Below, one piece after another: positions 1 to 9,926 of a stretch of DNA of 32,000 bases. How positions within the stretch are numbered: the stretch's first letter is position 1; each line of letters starts with the position of its first letter. Under the pieces are notes generated by a model, which worked only from the letters and a program-made list of their open reading frames with translations, was not told the origin of the DNA and did no database searches. The position numbers were made by a program, and so were the translations under genes. Source of the DNA: Candidatus Saccharimonadota bacterium (GTDB lineage: Bacteria; Patescibacteriota; Gracilibacteria; BD1-5; UBA2023); NCBI GenBank assembly GCA_042852035.1, contig BAAFHK010000002.1, forward strand, positions 257,823 through 289,822, read 5' to 3'.

Positions 1-1
1 A

Positions 2-289
2 AATAAGGATCGGAAGGAGATTGAAGAGATCGATAAGAAATACATACCAGAAAGTTGGTATATTCAACAAATGGTTGAAGGATGATTCCTTGGTCTAATT
101 CTTTTCCTTTTCATCGTCTCAATGATTCTCTATAAGCTTTTCCGAGAAAATATTTTACTTGCTTGAATGTTTTTTTCTATTTTAGTCATGAATTTATTCT
201 TGCATACATTTGAGTCATCTATCGTTTCATTACTTCTTTTTTCTCTCATAGGACTTATTCTTGCTCCGCATGAAAAAAAATCTAGATAA
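2..289 (+). CDS. 3' end of a polytopic membrane protein (5' partial; O-antigen ligase/polymerase-like role is only a guess from context)
   Basis: The frame is open from the window edge to TAA 287-289 with TGA read as sense. The translation is strongly hydrophobic: ...GGFLGLILFLFIVSMILYKLF..AGMFFSILVMNLFLHTFESSIVSLLLFSLIGLILAPHEKKSR. It sits directly upstream of a glycosyltransferase. Confidence 0.45.
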
Positions 290-1415
290 TAAAATTCATA
301 TACTTTTTTGTTCACGACTTGTGAAAGAAAAAGGAGTAGATATTCTTTTAGAAGTAATAAAGAAGTGTCTATCGGACCCTCTCTTTTCTGAGAAATGTAT
401 CTGGCATATAACGAGTGACTGAGATTTTGTGAATGAAATAAAAGATTTGAGCTCTCAACATGAAACAGAAGTAAAATATTATGGAAAAATTTCACAAAAT
501 GATCTTGCTTCGCTTATGAGAAGGGTAGATTTTCTTTATATGCCTTCTCGATTTCTTGAAACATTTTGACTCACTGCCCTTGAATCACTCGCTTGTTGAA
601 CAGGAGTAATCGGTTTTAAGAAGGGTGGCCTGAGGGATTTTATTGCTGATGATTGTTCTCTTGATGAATCTAATCCAATAGAATCAAGTATGAATTTTCT
701 GAAATATTATTTATCATGAAATTATCAATCCAAATCTATTGAAATTCAACCGTATGCGAGAGAAAAATGGGCACAATGATTGAAAAAGATATTTCCAGTC
801 GAATCAAATATCTTTATTCTTCATGACTATAATGAGCGAATTTGATGAGCAGAGGCCTATATTGATAATCTCTGTGATTATCTTCCGAATATTTCATATC
901 GTATAGTTCGTTCAAGTTATCAGGGATTAACATCGCCCATAAAAAGAAGAGTCATGTTTATCTTCTCGATTTTTGCATTCTGGAGATGAATTGTTGTGAA
1001 AAGGAAGTTGTCTTTAGTAAAACCAGATATTATATGGATGCATTCGATTCTTAGGTATTATTGATATTGGTGACTGAGATCAGTAGCAAAATATTCTCAG
1101 AGAAATAATGTTCCAGTCTATCTGAGTCATCATGATGTTTGATTTATTACACCATTTCCTCAGTTTATTTACAGTGAATCACAAATTCCAATTAACGCCT
1201 CACTCCAGGAGTTTCTTAGAGGGTTGAAATGAAAACGGAGGTTTATTGCCATTTTCAAATGGCTTTATATAAGGCTTTTACGAAATGCCTTCCCAAAGAA
1301 TATGAAACATATAATATTTTCCTCGTTCCTTAAAGATCATATAATGAATCATTTTCAAGGTGCTTCAGTGCATATTCTTCCGCATACCTATGATGAGAAT
1401 ATTTTTCACCTATAG
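270..1415 (+). CDS. GT4-family (GT-B fold) glycosyltransferase with apparently circularly permuted domain order
   Basis: ATG 270 to TAG 1413-1415, 381 codons, with in-frame TGAs read as Gly. The first ~165 aa look like a GT4 C-terminal domain: KIHILFCSRLVKEKGVDILL, and PSRFLETFGLTALESLACGTGVIG with E-x7-E at nt 558-584. The following ~200 aa look like a GT4 N-terminal domain: IFILHDYNERIGGAEAYI (GG = TGA TGA at 843-848), KPDIIWMHS, VPVYLSHHDV. The ORF ends ...IIFSSFLKDHIMNHFQGASVHILPHTYDENIFHL, the segment that normally precedes the C-domain. Confidence 0.7.
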
Positions 1416-2486
1416 TTAATCTATCGGACATCATTCCCATGAAATCTCTGAATTTTCGGGATTATATGAGGATATTTTTGATCAGAGAAGGGGAGAGTGT
1501 TCAGATCGTATTGTCTGAAGTATTCATTCGATGTCATCGATTGATTCAACATGCACTAATCTTGTTCGATATTCTTTCACTCATGGGAAGCCGTGGAGGT
1601 ATTGCACGAGATGCTTTCGGGCTTCCATCATTCCTTTTCTTACTTTTGTTTCCCAAAGAAGCTTTCCATGAAGAGACATAATCGTGAGTATCTCTTCTAG
1701 AGTTGGCTCGTAATTTCCAGGAAGAAAACACCAAGGATTTCAAAATGATGCTCGACCAATCATGAATCCATCTAAATTCTTGAGACAGCTTTCCGTTGTA
1801 TTTAAACTTTGTTCGTTTCTGTTATTGGGATGGATAATCTTTTTTACTCCATCTTCATAGCTTAAGATATCGCCATTACATATGACAGGAATTTTTACGT
1901 GTTGCTTGAGATCATATATGCCAGTAAAATCAGCCTTTCAGGTAAATGCTTGTTTGTAAGTTCGACCGTGGACACTAATAAGGTTAGCTCATGCATTCTC
2001 GAGTCCTTTTACAAAGTCTACAAGGAGTTCACTATTTTCCCAACCGAGTCGTGTTTTTACAGAAATAGGAATTTTTACTGCAGAAGACATTTCTTCCACA
2101 ATCCGAAAAGCGGTATCTCGATTGATCATGAGTGAAGACCCATGTCAGCTTTTTACAACCTTCTTTGCTGGACATCACATATTAATATCTATACCAGTTA
2201 TCCCATAGGACTCAATTATCTTTGCTGCTTCTCGAAACATGGCAGGATCCTTTCAGAAAATTTGAATTATGAGAGGATATTCGTTGCTCTTATGTGTGAG
2301 AGCTCGCTTCTGGAGCTCTTTTGAGTGAACTAGTCCATCAGCTGAATAAAATTCTGAGAATACTACCGTCTCGGGCGCTATACTCTTTACAACTTGTCTA
2401 TAGGGGCTATCTGTATACCCATCCATTGGGGCAAGTGCCATTATCGGTCACTTTTCAGCGAGATGTTTCCAAAATTCTTTGTTCAT
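1416..2486 (-). CDS. dus: tRNA-dihydrouridine synthase
   Basis: ATG 2486 to TAA 1416-1418 (356 aa). Dus-family motifs are present: LAPMDGYTDSPYRQ, GIDINMGCPAKKV, ISVKTRLGW, ISVHGRT, MIGRASFGNPWCF. Several in-frame TGAs sit at Gly positions. The track fragment 2253-2441 is in the same frame. Confidence 0.85.
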
Positions 2487-2627
2487 CGGGCGAATTTATA
2501 TCGAAAAAAATGAGAAAATCCAATGTTTTTTATGTACTAATCAAGACTTATCTTGGGAGTCAAGTCTCATTTTTCGCAATATTCCTTTCTATATGCTATT
2601 ATTCTCTTAATTCATACCAATATACCT

Positions 2628-3089
2628 ATGCCAACGAATCTTAAAAATTACAAAGAAGAGAAGCGAACGACTCTTCTTCGTGCTCATTCTTTTGCAAAGT
2701 CAACAAGAGCTATTGTAATACTCTTTCTTTCTGATAAGGGACTCAATGACTTTATTCGGGAGGCGGGAAAAGCTATTGATGTTGAATTTATTGATGATAG
2801 CAAGGAAAACCGAGAAGGAACGGATGCCTTTATTACTGACGATTGGTCTCTTGTTCCTATAGAAGATCTTACAGCTTCTTTGATTGTTCCTATATGACCT
2901 AAAGAAGGATCAAACGAAAAAGGCTTGAATGAATTTAATCCCATGAAATTTGAAGGAAATGCGTTTCTTTTTGAAAAAAATGATAAATATCAGATATTTG
3001 CCGCGCTTGTAAGGTACCTCGAAAACATAAAATATCCTGGTGATAAAAGAACACTTCTGAAGAATCTCCACTCAGAAAAGAGCAATTAG
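2628..3089 (+). CDS. Hypothetical protein; weak resemblance to a degenerate, stand-alone C-terminal Rossmann domain of GT-B (glycogen-synthase-like) glycosyltransferases
   Basis: ATG 2628 (alternative TTG 2553) to TAG 3087-3089, 153 aa, with one in-frame TGA. ...DAFITDDWSLVPIEDLTASLIVPIGPKEGSNEKGLNEFNPMKFEGNAFLFEKNDKYQIFAALVRYLEN resembles the tail of GT-B enzymes but lacks clear catalytic residues. A terminator hairpin follows. Confidence 0.45.
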
Positions 3090-3106
3090 ATATTGCTCTT
3101 TTTTTG
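3079..3106. terminator. Intrinsic terminator between convergent genes (2628-3089 and def)
   Basis: Stem agagcaa (3079-3085) / ttgctct (3093-3099), 7-nt loop, then a T-run at 3100-3106. Confidence 0.6.
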
Positions 3107-3150
3107 TTCTAAAATTGAGAAATTCAGAGCTCCTCTTTAATTCTGGGTAT

Positions 3151-3645
3151 CTATTTCACAATCTCCACTCCTCCCACCACCTTATCTGTAAATAACACCC
3201 CATCGAGGTGATCAATTTCGTGTTGCACGATTCGTGCCGCAAGATCTTCGAGTTTAAGGGAATATTTTTTTCCTTCTATATCAAGGAAATTAACTCGTAC
3301 CCAGGTCCATCTCTCAACAGAACCTGTCTCTCATGGTACAGAAAGACAGCCTTCTTTATCGCTACATTTTTTTCCACTATTTTCGATAATTTCTGGATTT
3401 ATCATCGGGATAGTTCGATAGTTTTCATCATCGTAGTCTTTCATAAGAGAAACGACTATAAGGCGTTTATTATATCAAACTTGAGGAGCGGCGAGTCAAA
3501 CCCCTCAATTCTCCGGATCTTTAATATGTTTTACCATCTCAAGGGCAAGACTTTTATACTTTCTTATTTCTTGAGATTTTATAGGTTCAGATAGAGTTCT
3601 TAGAATACTATTTGATTGCCCAGTTTGGATTTTTAATTTTTGCAT
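3151..3645 (-). CDS. def: Peptide deformylase
   Basis: ATG 3645 to TAG 3151-3153 (164 aa). All three Def motifs are present: GGVGLAAPQVG, EGCLSVPG and QHEIDHLDG. Several of the motif glycines are TGA codons. Confidence 0.92.
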
Positions 3646-3735
3646 ATATTCTAATGTTTGTACAGGAAAGTCTATTTTTCCGATTGAATAATAGGGACTT
3701 TCTCATAAAATTCAAGACAAATAAATGAAGTTGAT

Positions 3736-5052
3736 ATGCTTGAAAAATTTAAAAAACTCATTCCTCTTGATTCCCCAATCCGACTCACTTGGCATTATCT
3801 TATGGGATGGCTTGCTTATCTTTCCTCTGGAAATCCAGCAAAGGATATGATAGTAATAGGAGTAACTGGTACAAAAGGGAAGACTACAACCTGTAATCTT
3901 ATTGCAAAAGGATTGAGTGCGAATGGAAAAAAAATCGCCATGTTTACTACGGTAAATATGATTATTGGCGATATTGAAGAGGAAAATACTCTCAAAATGA
4001 CCACTCCATCACCCTGGCAAGTTTGGGAATTTATACGACGAGCAAAATTAGCTGGTTGTGAATTCCTTATTATGGAAACATCTTCACATGCGCTTTTTTA
4101 TCACAGAGTCCATGGGCTTAGATATGATGTAGCAGTCATGACGAATATATCTCAGGATCACCTTGATCTTCATCGAACAATGGAGAATTATGTTAATACA
4201 AAACTTCTTCTCTTTAAGAATCTCTACAAATATTGAATCCGCAGAGATGTAAGAAAGGTTTGAGTCGTAAATATCGATACTGAATATAGCGAAAAGTTCC
4301 TTTCGAAAGATATCGTTGTTGATGCGATGCATACTTATGGTATATGACCAAGAGCAAGCATTCGTGCAGAAAATATTGAGGCAAAAGAAATGGGTATCTC
4401 TTTCGATGTGCGTATGGCTTCAAGTAAGTTTCATATAGATTCCAAGCTTCAAGGGGAGTTTAATGTTATGAATATTCTTGCTGCCACAGCTGTGCTTATT
4501 TCTCAAAAAGTACCCCTAGAAATTATAACCAAAACAATATCACTTGTTGGATGAGTGCCAGGAAGACTTGAGGAGATTCCTAATTTAAGATGATGAAAAA
4601 TATTTGTTGATTATGCTCATACCGAAGAATCCCTCAGGAGTGTTCTTGATACTATAAAAAAGATTGAATGAACAAAGCGTACTATTCTTCTTTTTTGAGC
4701 CACAGGTGATAGAGATAAAACAAAACGCCCGAAAATGGGGCGAGTTGCTGACACTATGGCTGATGTAATTATACTCACGGACGATGATACATATACTGAG
4801 GATTCACTTGCAATTATTAGGCAAGTAACCGAAGGGATTTCGAGAAGAGAAGGTGAGAATTTCTGGATTGTTCCAGATCGTGAAGATGCTATCCGTACAG
4901 CGCTTCTTATGCTTCACCCTTGAGATGTTCTCCTTGCCGCAGGGAAGGGCGCAGAAACTGTTCTTGTGACTCAAGCTGGCCCGATACCCTGGAATGATAG
5001 GAAGGTTATTGAGCGAATCCTTATGGAGATCGAGAGTCAGGTGATAGCTTAA
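3736..5052 (+). CDS. murE: Mur ligase family protein, MurE-like, lacking most of the N-terminal UDP-binding domain
   Basis: ATG 3736 to TAA 5050-5052 (438 aa). The P-loop GVTGTKGKTT is already at residue ~43. Other motifs: METSSHAL, MTNISQDHLDLHRTMENY, FVDYAHTEESL, TGDRDKTKRPKMG, LAAGKGAE. An in-frame TAA at 3706-3708 precludes an N-terminal extension. Confidence 0.8.
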
Positions 5053-5288
5053 TTTTTCTTTTTGAAATAATATCCTCAGTTCTTGCCTGAAAGTCGAGGC
5101 GATGGGCTCATATGAGCCTATTTGTGTTTGCAATGAGTCGAATCGCTCATGTCGATGCGTTAGCATTTAGAAGATGTAGTATGTCATCCATGACATCTCA
5201 ATTTTCGAGCATTTCCAAAACAGCATTGATCCCAGAGGATCGAGTAGTAGTAAAACAATGTTTTTCCATAAAAAAATAAGTAAAAAAT

Positions 5289-5316
5289 AAAAACTCCCTC
5301 TGAAGAAGGAGTTTTT
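5289..5316. terminator. Bidirectional-looking intrinsic terminator in the murE/aroK convergent spacer
   Basis: An A-run, then stem aactcc (5292-5297) / ggagtt (5308-5313), then a T-run to 5316. Confidence 0.5.
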
Positions 5317-5337
5317 AAGTTCTCTCAATAAGACGCT

Positions 5338-5361
5338 AAAAACCCATCCTTCAGAGAAGGA
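5338..5361 (-). terminator. Intrinsic terminator downstream of aroK
   Basis: The minus strand reads tccttc-tct-gaagga followed by tgggttttt (plus-strand stem 5347-5361, A-run 5338-5342). Confidence 0.5.
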
Positions 5362-5438
5362 ATGAGTAATAATACAATGAAGATAGAATCGATAAAAACA
5401 TTTTAGAATAGGTAAAAGTTCTGGGATAAAGAGAAAAA

Positions 5439-5939
5439 CTAGAGTAAGAATCAGAGAATATCGCTTGCGATTTCTTGAGGGGTTCTTCCTTCTATAGGAA
5501 ATCTGGGATTAAAACTTTGGTAGTGCATTCCTCGAGTGTGCATAAGGTTTCTGAAATCATTGGCATTTTGTGCAAGGGGTCGAACATTTATTGTATCTGC
5601 CATTATTCTCTCAAGGAGGAGTCAAATCGGTCATGAAAGAGAAATAATACGACCTTTTGATCTATAAATTCTCCTTACATTTTCTTCGTCGAGTAATGAG
5701 CCGCCTCAAAGAGAGATGACCCGGCTCCTAGAGTTTTGAATGACGGATAATAGGGTTTGTGATTCTAATACACGAAATACAGAGATTCAATAATGCTTTA
5801 TAAAGTCTGGTATGCGTACTTCGTAGAGTCGTTCAAACTCGGTATCGAGGTCGACGTGATGTGTCGAAAGTTTTCGAGCGAGTTCTTTTCCGACAGTACT
5901 TTTTCCAGATCAAGGAGGTCAATAGAGAAAGAGGTTCAT
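5439..5939 (-). CDS. aroK: Shikimate kinase
   Basis: ATG 5939 to TAG 5439-5441 (166 aa). N-terminus MNLFLYGPPGSGKSTVGKELARKL, with the P-loop glycines at 5919-5921 and 5910-5912 encoded by TGA. Also ISLGGGSLL. It starts 4 nt after the aroG stop. Confidence 0.8.
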
Positions 5940-5943
5940 AAAA

Positions 5944-7047
5944 TTACATCTTAGTTCTTCTTTTTTCAACAGATTTACTTAAAGTCTTAAGCATTTTCAA
6001 GGTTTCTTCCCATCAAACACATGCATCCGTGATGCTTTGACCATAAATCAATCACTGTGGATCATCTTTACCTGGGGTAAATTTTTGAGCTCATGCTTCG
6101 AGATTACTCTCAATCATTACTCATCAGATATGTCTCGATCATGATCAAATCTGTTCGCTAATATTATCAACAACTTTTAACTGATTTTCATGATTTTTCT
6201 GACTGTTTCAGTGACTTGCATCAATCATTATTCTACTTCAATATAATCAAGCTGCCATTAGTTGTTCAGCGGCAGAAAGAACATGTTGAGCTGAGTAGTT
6301 TGGATTTTTTCATCCCCTAAGAATAAGGTGGCAGTCTAGATTTCACGTTGTTTGCACCATGGCAACTTTTCCACTTTTATGAACAGAGAGAAAATGATGT
6401 CATTTTGATGCAGCCAAGATGGCATCAAGTGCAATCTTTATATTGCCATCTGTTCAATTTTTGAAGCCAACAGGTGAGGAAAGTCATGAAGTTAATTCTC
6501 GATGGACTTGACTTTCCGTTGTTCTTGCTCATATGGCTCACCAGGCGATAAGGTCAGCTATATATTGAGGACTAATTACATCAAGATACTCTGAACCTGC
6601 AGGAACTCATAGTCTGTTAATTTCTAGAAGAAGCTGTCGTGCAATCCTTAATCATTCATCAATTTTATATGTTTCATCTAGGTATGGGTCATTAATAAGT
6701 CATTTCCATCCAACAGTAGTTCGTGGTTTTTCAAAGTATACACGCATTATTATTTCAAGAGTATCTTTATATCTTTTTCTTTCTTCAGCAAGATTTCGAG
6801 CATATTCGATTGCTCATGCAGGGTCATGTACTGAACATGGTCAAACTACAACTATAAGTCTATCGTCTTTTCCATGAATAATTCTTGATGCTGCAGATCT
6901 TGTATCGGAAACTTGGGTTTCAATAGAAGTGCCTGCTATAGGGAAAAACCGAATTAAGTCTTCTGGCGGGGGAAGTGGTTCAATATTTTGAATTCTTTTA
7001 TCATCAACAGTTGATGTGATATCAGAGGGGGTAGTATTCAATGCCAT
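5944..7047 (-). CDS. aroG: 3-deoxy-7-phosphoheptulonate (DAHP) synthase, class I (AroF/G/H type)
   Basis: ATG 7047 to TAA 5944-5946 (367 aa). It is colinear with E. coli AroG motifs: [96 protein letters not shown]. By my count there are 22 in-frame TGAs, all at Gly positions. Confidence 0.92.
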
Positions 7048-7066
7048 ATAAAAATATTATATAAAT

Positions 7067-7095
7067 AAAATCTCCTCCAGTTAGACTGAAGGAGA
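7067..7095 (-). terminator. Possible terminator after the AI-2E permease gene, just upstream of the aroG start
   Basis: An imperfect hairpin, tctcc-tcca (7071-7079) / tgaa-ggaga (7087-7095), with a T-rich tract following on the minus strand. Confidence 0.35.
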
Positions 7096-7197
7096 GGTTT
7101 TTATCTTCGAAAGTATTTCGACTACACAAATCTTCCCTTCAGTCAGTTCTGAAAGTAAAAAAAGAAGAAATATGTAGAAGAAAAGGTTCGCATAGAG

Positions 7198-8376
7198 TTA
7201 TTTTTGGGTACTTTTGGAGGATATTGACTTTTTTGTATTTGTCAAATCTTTTCTTCCACTTCTTACTCAAACAGGGTGAGTATTTCTTTTTCGATATTCA
7301 TCGAATGTAATACTAATGACTCAAGCTATAGGTATAGCAAGGATAATTCCTAGCACACCACCAAGGGTAGCACCAAGAAGCATCACAATAAATACAAAGA
7401 AAGGCGATAGATCAAGGGCTCGACTCATAACATATGGTACAAGAAAATCATTTTCGACTCTTTGAATAAGAAGATAGAGTATAGTAATGATTAATGCAGC
7501 CTTCCAAGAAATTCATAACGCAAGAATCACAGCGGGTATGAGCGCTATAAGAGGTCCAACATAAGGTATAAATTCCATAATACCACTAATGAGCGCAAGA
7601 GTAAAAGTCTTTCCAAGAGAAATATCAAAGAGAAAATCAACTAATGAAAGTCAAAAATAGGTTACTATGAATATACTAATAGAAAGAATAAGCATTGCTC
7701 TCATCCATGCAGTGAAGACTTGTTGAGTTTTTGCAAAGTGTGTGTTGAGAAAATTCTTTTTTTCAAGAGAAACAGAGTCAATAATATATTTTCCTATCGA
7801 TTTTCTTTCGAGAATCATCAGAAATGTTGAGATGGCGATAAGAAGCCAATTTGTTATAGCTCAACCAACCTGTGACATAATTGAAATTCAGCCCGATGTA
7901 ATTGATGATATTTGGCTCGTAAGGAAAGATTGTATGTTTCATGCATTTTGTTTGATGATATCAAATGTATGATCAATATTTTTTTCCCCAAAGAGAAATA
8001 GAATTGCTCTCTCTATATATGGATTCAAATGAAATCACTCTATTCCTTGAGTAAGATATATTTCTTTGGCATTATTCGTCCAGCTTGTAACTGTTCCGAT
8101 GCTATCAGATATATAGTTGCTTATTATAGGTATAAGTGTTCCAACCACGATAAGAAGCAAAAGTATTATTGCGATAAAAACACCAATAACTGTAACCCAA
8201 GCCGGTATCTTATATTTTTCCCCTAAAGTAACTAAGGGGGATATTATAATCGTGAGAAAACCAGAAATAAGTAGTATAAAAAAAATCTCCCTTGAGATAT
8301 AAATACCATAACAAAGCAGCCCAATAAGAATAGTGACAATAAGCTTTTTTATCCAAATAAGAATCTCTTTTTCCAT
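7198..8376 (-). CDS. AI-2E family transporter (PerM/YhhT-like, UPF0118) permease
   Basis: ATG 8376 to TAA 7198-7200 (392 aa). Multiple TM helices. Characteristic C-terminal half: ...LISGIMEFIPYVGPLIALIPAVILAL..., FLVPYVMSRALDLSPFFVFIVMLLGATLGGVLGIILAIP. Confidence 0.75.
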
Positions 8377-8434
8377 AGCGACAAGTATTAAGTAGAATCA
8401 TTATAAAAAATTCTCTCGTATTGCAACTAGAGAA

Positions 8435-8989
8435 TTATTTTTCGATTTCATCGATTTTCTTATCGAGTAAATATATAAGGTGACGTAGGAATTCTTGAAG
8501 AATCTCTTTTTTCGATGAACTTCACTCAGTTTCTTCAGTTTTTTCAAGTCGAATCTTGAGAGATTCTTGTATTTTTTGATAGGCAACCTTTCTTTCGTTT
8601 AAGTCAGGTATGGTTTTTGTAAGCTTTATACTGAGATCTTTGATAATTTTATTTCATTGAGCCTTGTAAGATTCGATTATGTAGGCATTGATATCACGTT
8701 TGAGTTTAATTTCAGTTTTTTTCTTTTCAATCTCATTGTATTCTTGGGAGCTTGATCAAGTTAAGGTTTCCTCATCAAGACTATTCTGAGATTCTAAATC
8801 TTGATTGCTATTCTCATTTTTCTGATTTTTTATCTTTTCCTTTAAGTCCTTTTTTTCATTCGTGAGTTTTGTTCCTGTTGATGAAGTCTGCACTGTTTTG
8901 GTGCCATCTTCATTTTTAGCAAAAACACTTCACCAAGAAGCCGTGAAGAAGATTAGGGCACAGAAGAGGTATCAGATATACTGTTTCAT
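8435..8989 (-). CDS. Hypothetical secreted protein (signal peptide plus K/E-rich coiled-coil)
   Basis: ATG 8989 to TAA 8435-8437 (184 aa). N-terminus MKQYIGYLFCALIFFTASWGSVFA, then a low-complexity charged sequence. A hairpin, ttctct(N12)agagaa, plus a T-run follows downstream (8410-8434). Confidence 0.55.
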
Positions 8990-9057
8990 TACCCAGAAGG
9001 ATATAGCAAATATATTTAAATGCAAATACCGAATGTAAATTTTTCGTGAAGCCCGTA

Positions 9058-9918
9058 TTAGTTAATGTCATTTTTCAAAATTTGAATTTCTCAATCTATC
9101 TTTTTGCAGAGTGAAAAATAGGGAATTGACATATTCCTTATGAAAAATATTTCATCTTCTTTTATGGAAGAGGGTAAAAGTTCTTTGGTTATTTTCTTTC
9201 AATGAATGATTTCATTCATTGTGGCAATAGATCATTCATAAGTATGAATAGTATGAAAAATACTATTTAATGAAATTGGAGATGGATTTTCAATATTTGA
9301 GCACTCAGATATTTGACAATGAAAGTTTTCGCCATCAATCGAGATTCGTCTGAGTTGAGTAAGGTATCATCACTCAACCCCAAAGAATTCTCAGAGAAGA
9401 GGTCAGAATGATCGTATATAACAACCAGATGAGACCTTCAATCGTATCTTTATTTCAAGATTTCACTTTTCTATAATATCAGCTTCAAATACTTTAATTG
9501 GCCTTTTTTCAATATGAAAATCCTTTCACTTTCGAGCTATTTCATAGGAACGTTTCCCATTTATGTGAATTGCACTATATTTTGGTGGAGTCTGATCTTT
9601 TTGTCACAAGAGAAAGTCAATAATTTCGGATTCAGATTTCCACTTAAAGCCGGTTACATCAATAGGTGTTATAGGCATCTCAGTATCATAAGATTCTGAT
9701 GTTCCATCAAAACGTATGGTCGTAATATATTCTTTCTTTGATGATTCAAGAAGAGGAATGAGTTTTGTACTTTTCTCTGTAGCAATGAGCAAACATCATG
9801 TAGCAAGAGGATCAAGAGTTCCTGTGTGTCACATTTTTTTTACATTGAGTTTTTTTCTTAGCTGTCGAATCACTCAGAAACTTGAAACACCGCTTGGTTT
9901 ATCGATGAGGTAAAACAT
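9058..9918 (-). CDS. truB: tRNA pseudouridine(55) synthase
   Basis: ATG 9918 to TAA 9058-9060 (286 aa). MFYLIDKPSGVSSFGVIRQLRKK..., with catalytic motif GHTGTLDPLATG, QTPPKYSAIHINGKRSYEIARKG and SSGCYIRS. Confidence 0.88.
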
Positions 9919-9926
9919 AGAAAAAG

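Noticed and set aside
130-495. 121-aa minus-strand ORF
   Set aside because: It overlaps two plus-strand genes, one of which has clear GT4 motifs, and it has no motif of its own.
3208-3594. 128-aa plus-strand ORF
   Set aside because: It is antisense to def, which has all three deformylase motifs.
5133-5150. tRNA-like T-arm (gagtcgaatcgctc) suggesting a tRNA gene in the murE-aroK spacer
   Set aside because: The loop is 8 nt rather than the canonical 7-nt T-loop. I could not build an acceptor stem or an anticodon arm from the flanking sequence on either strand.
7131-7160. Hairpin ccttcag...ctgaaag next to an A-run, considered as the terminator of the permease gene
   Set aside because: The U-tract would precede rather than follow the stem on the minus strand, and on the plus strand an A-run follows the stem. 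It therefore does not fit an intrinsic terminator in either orientation.
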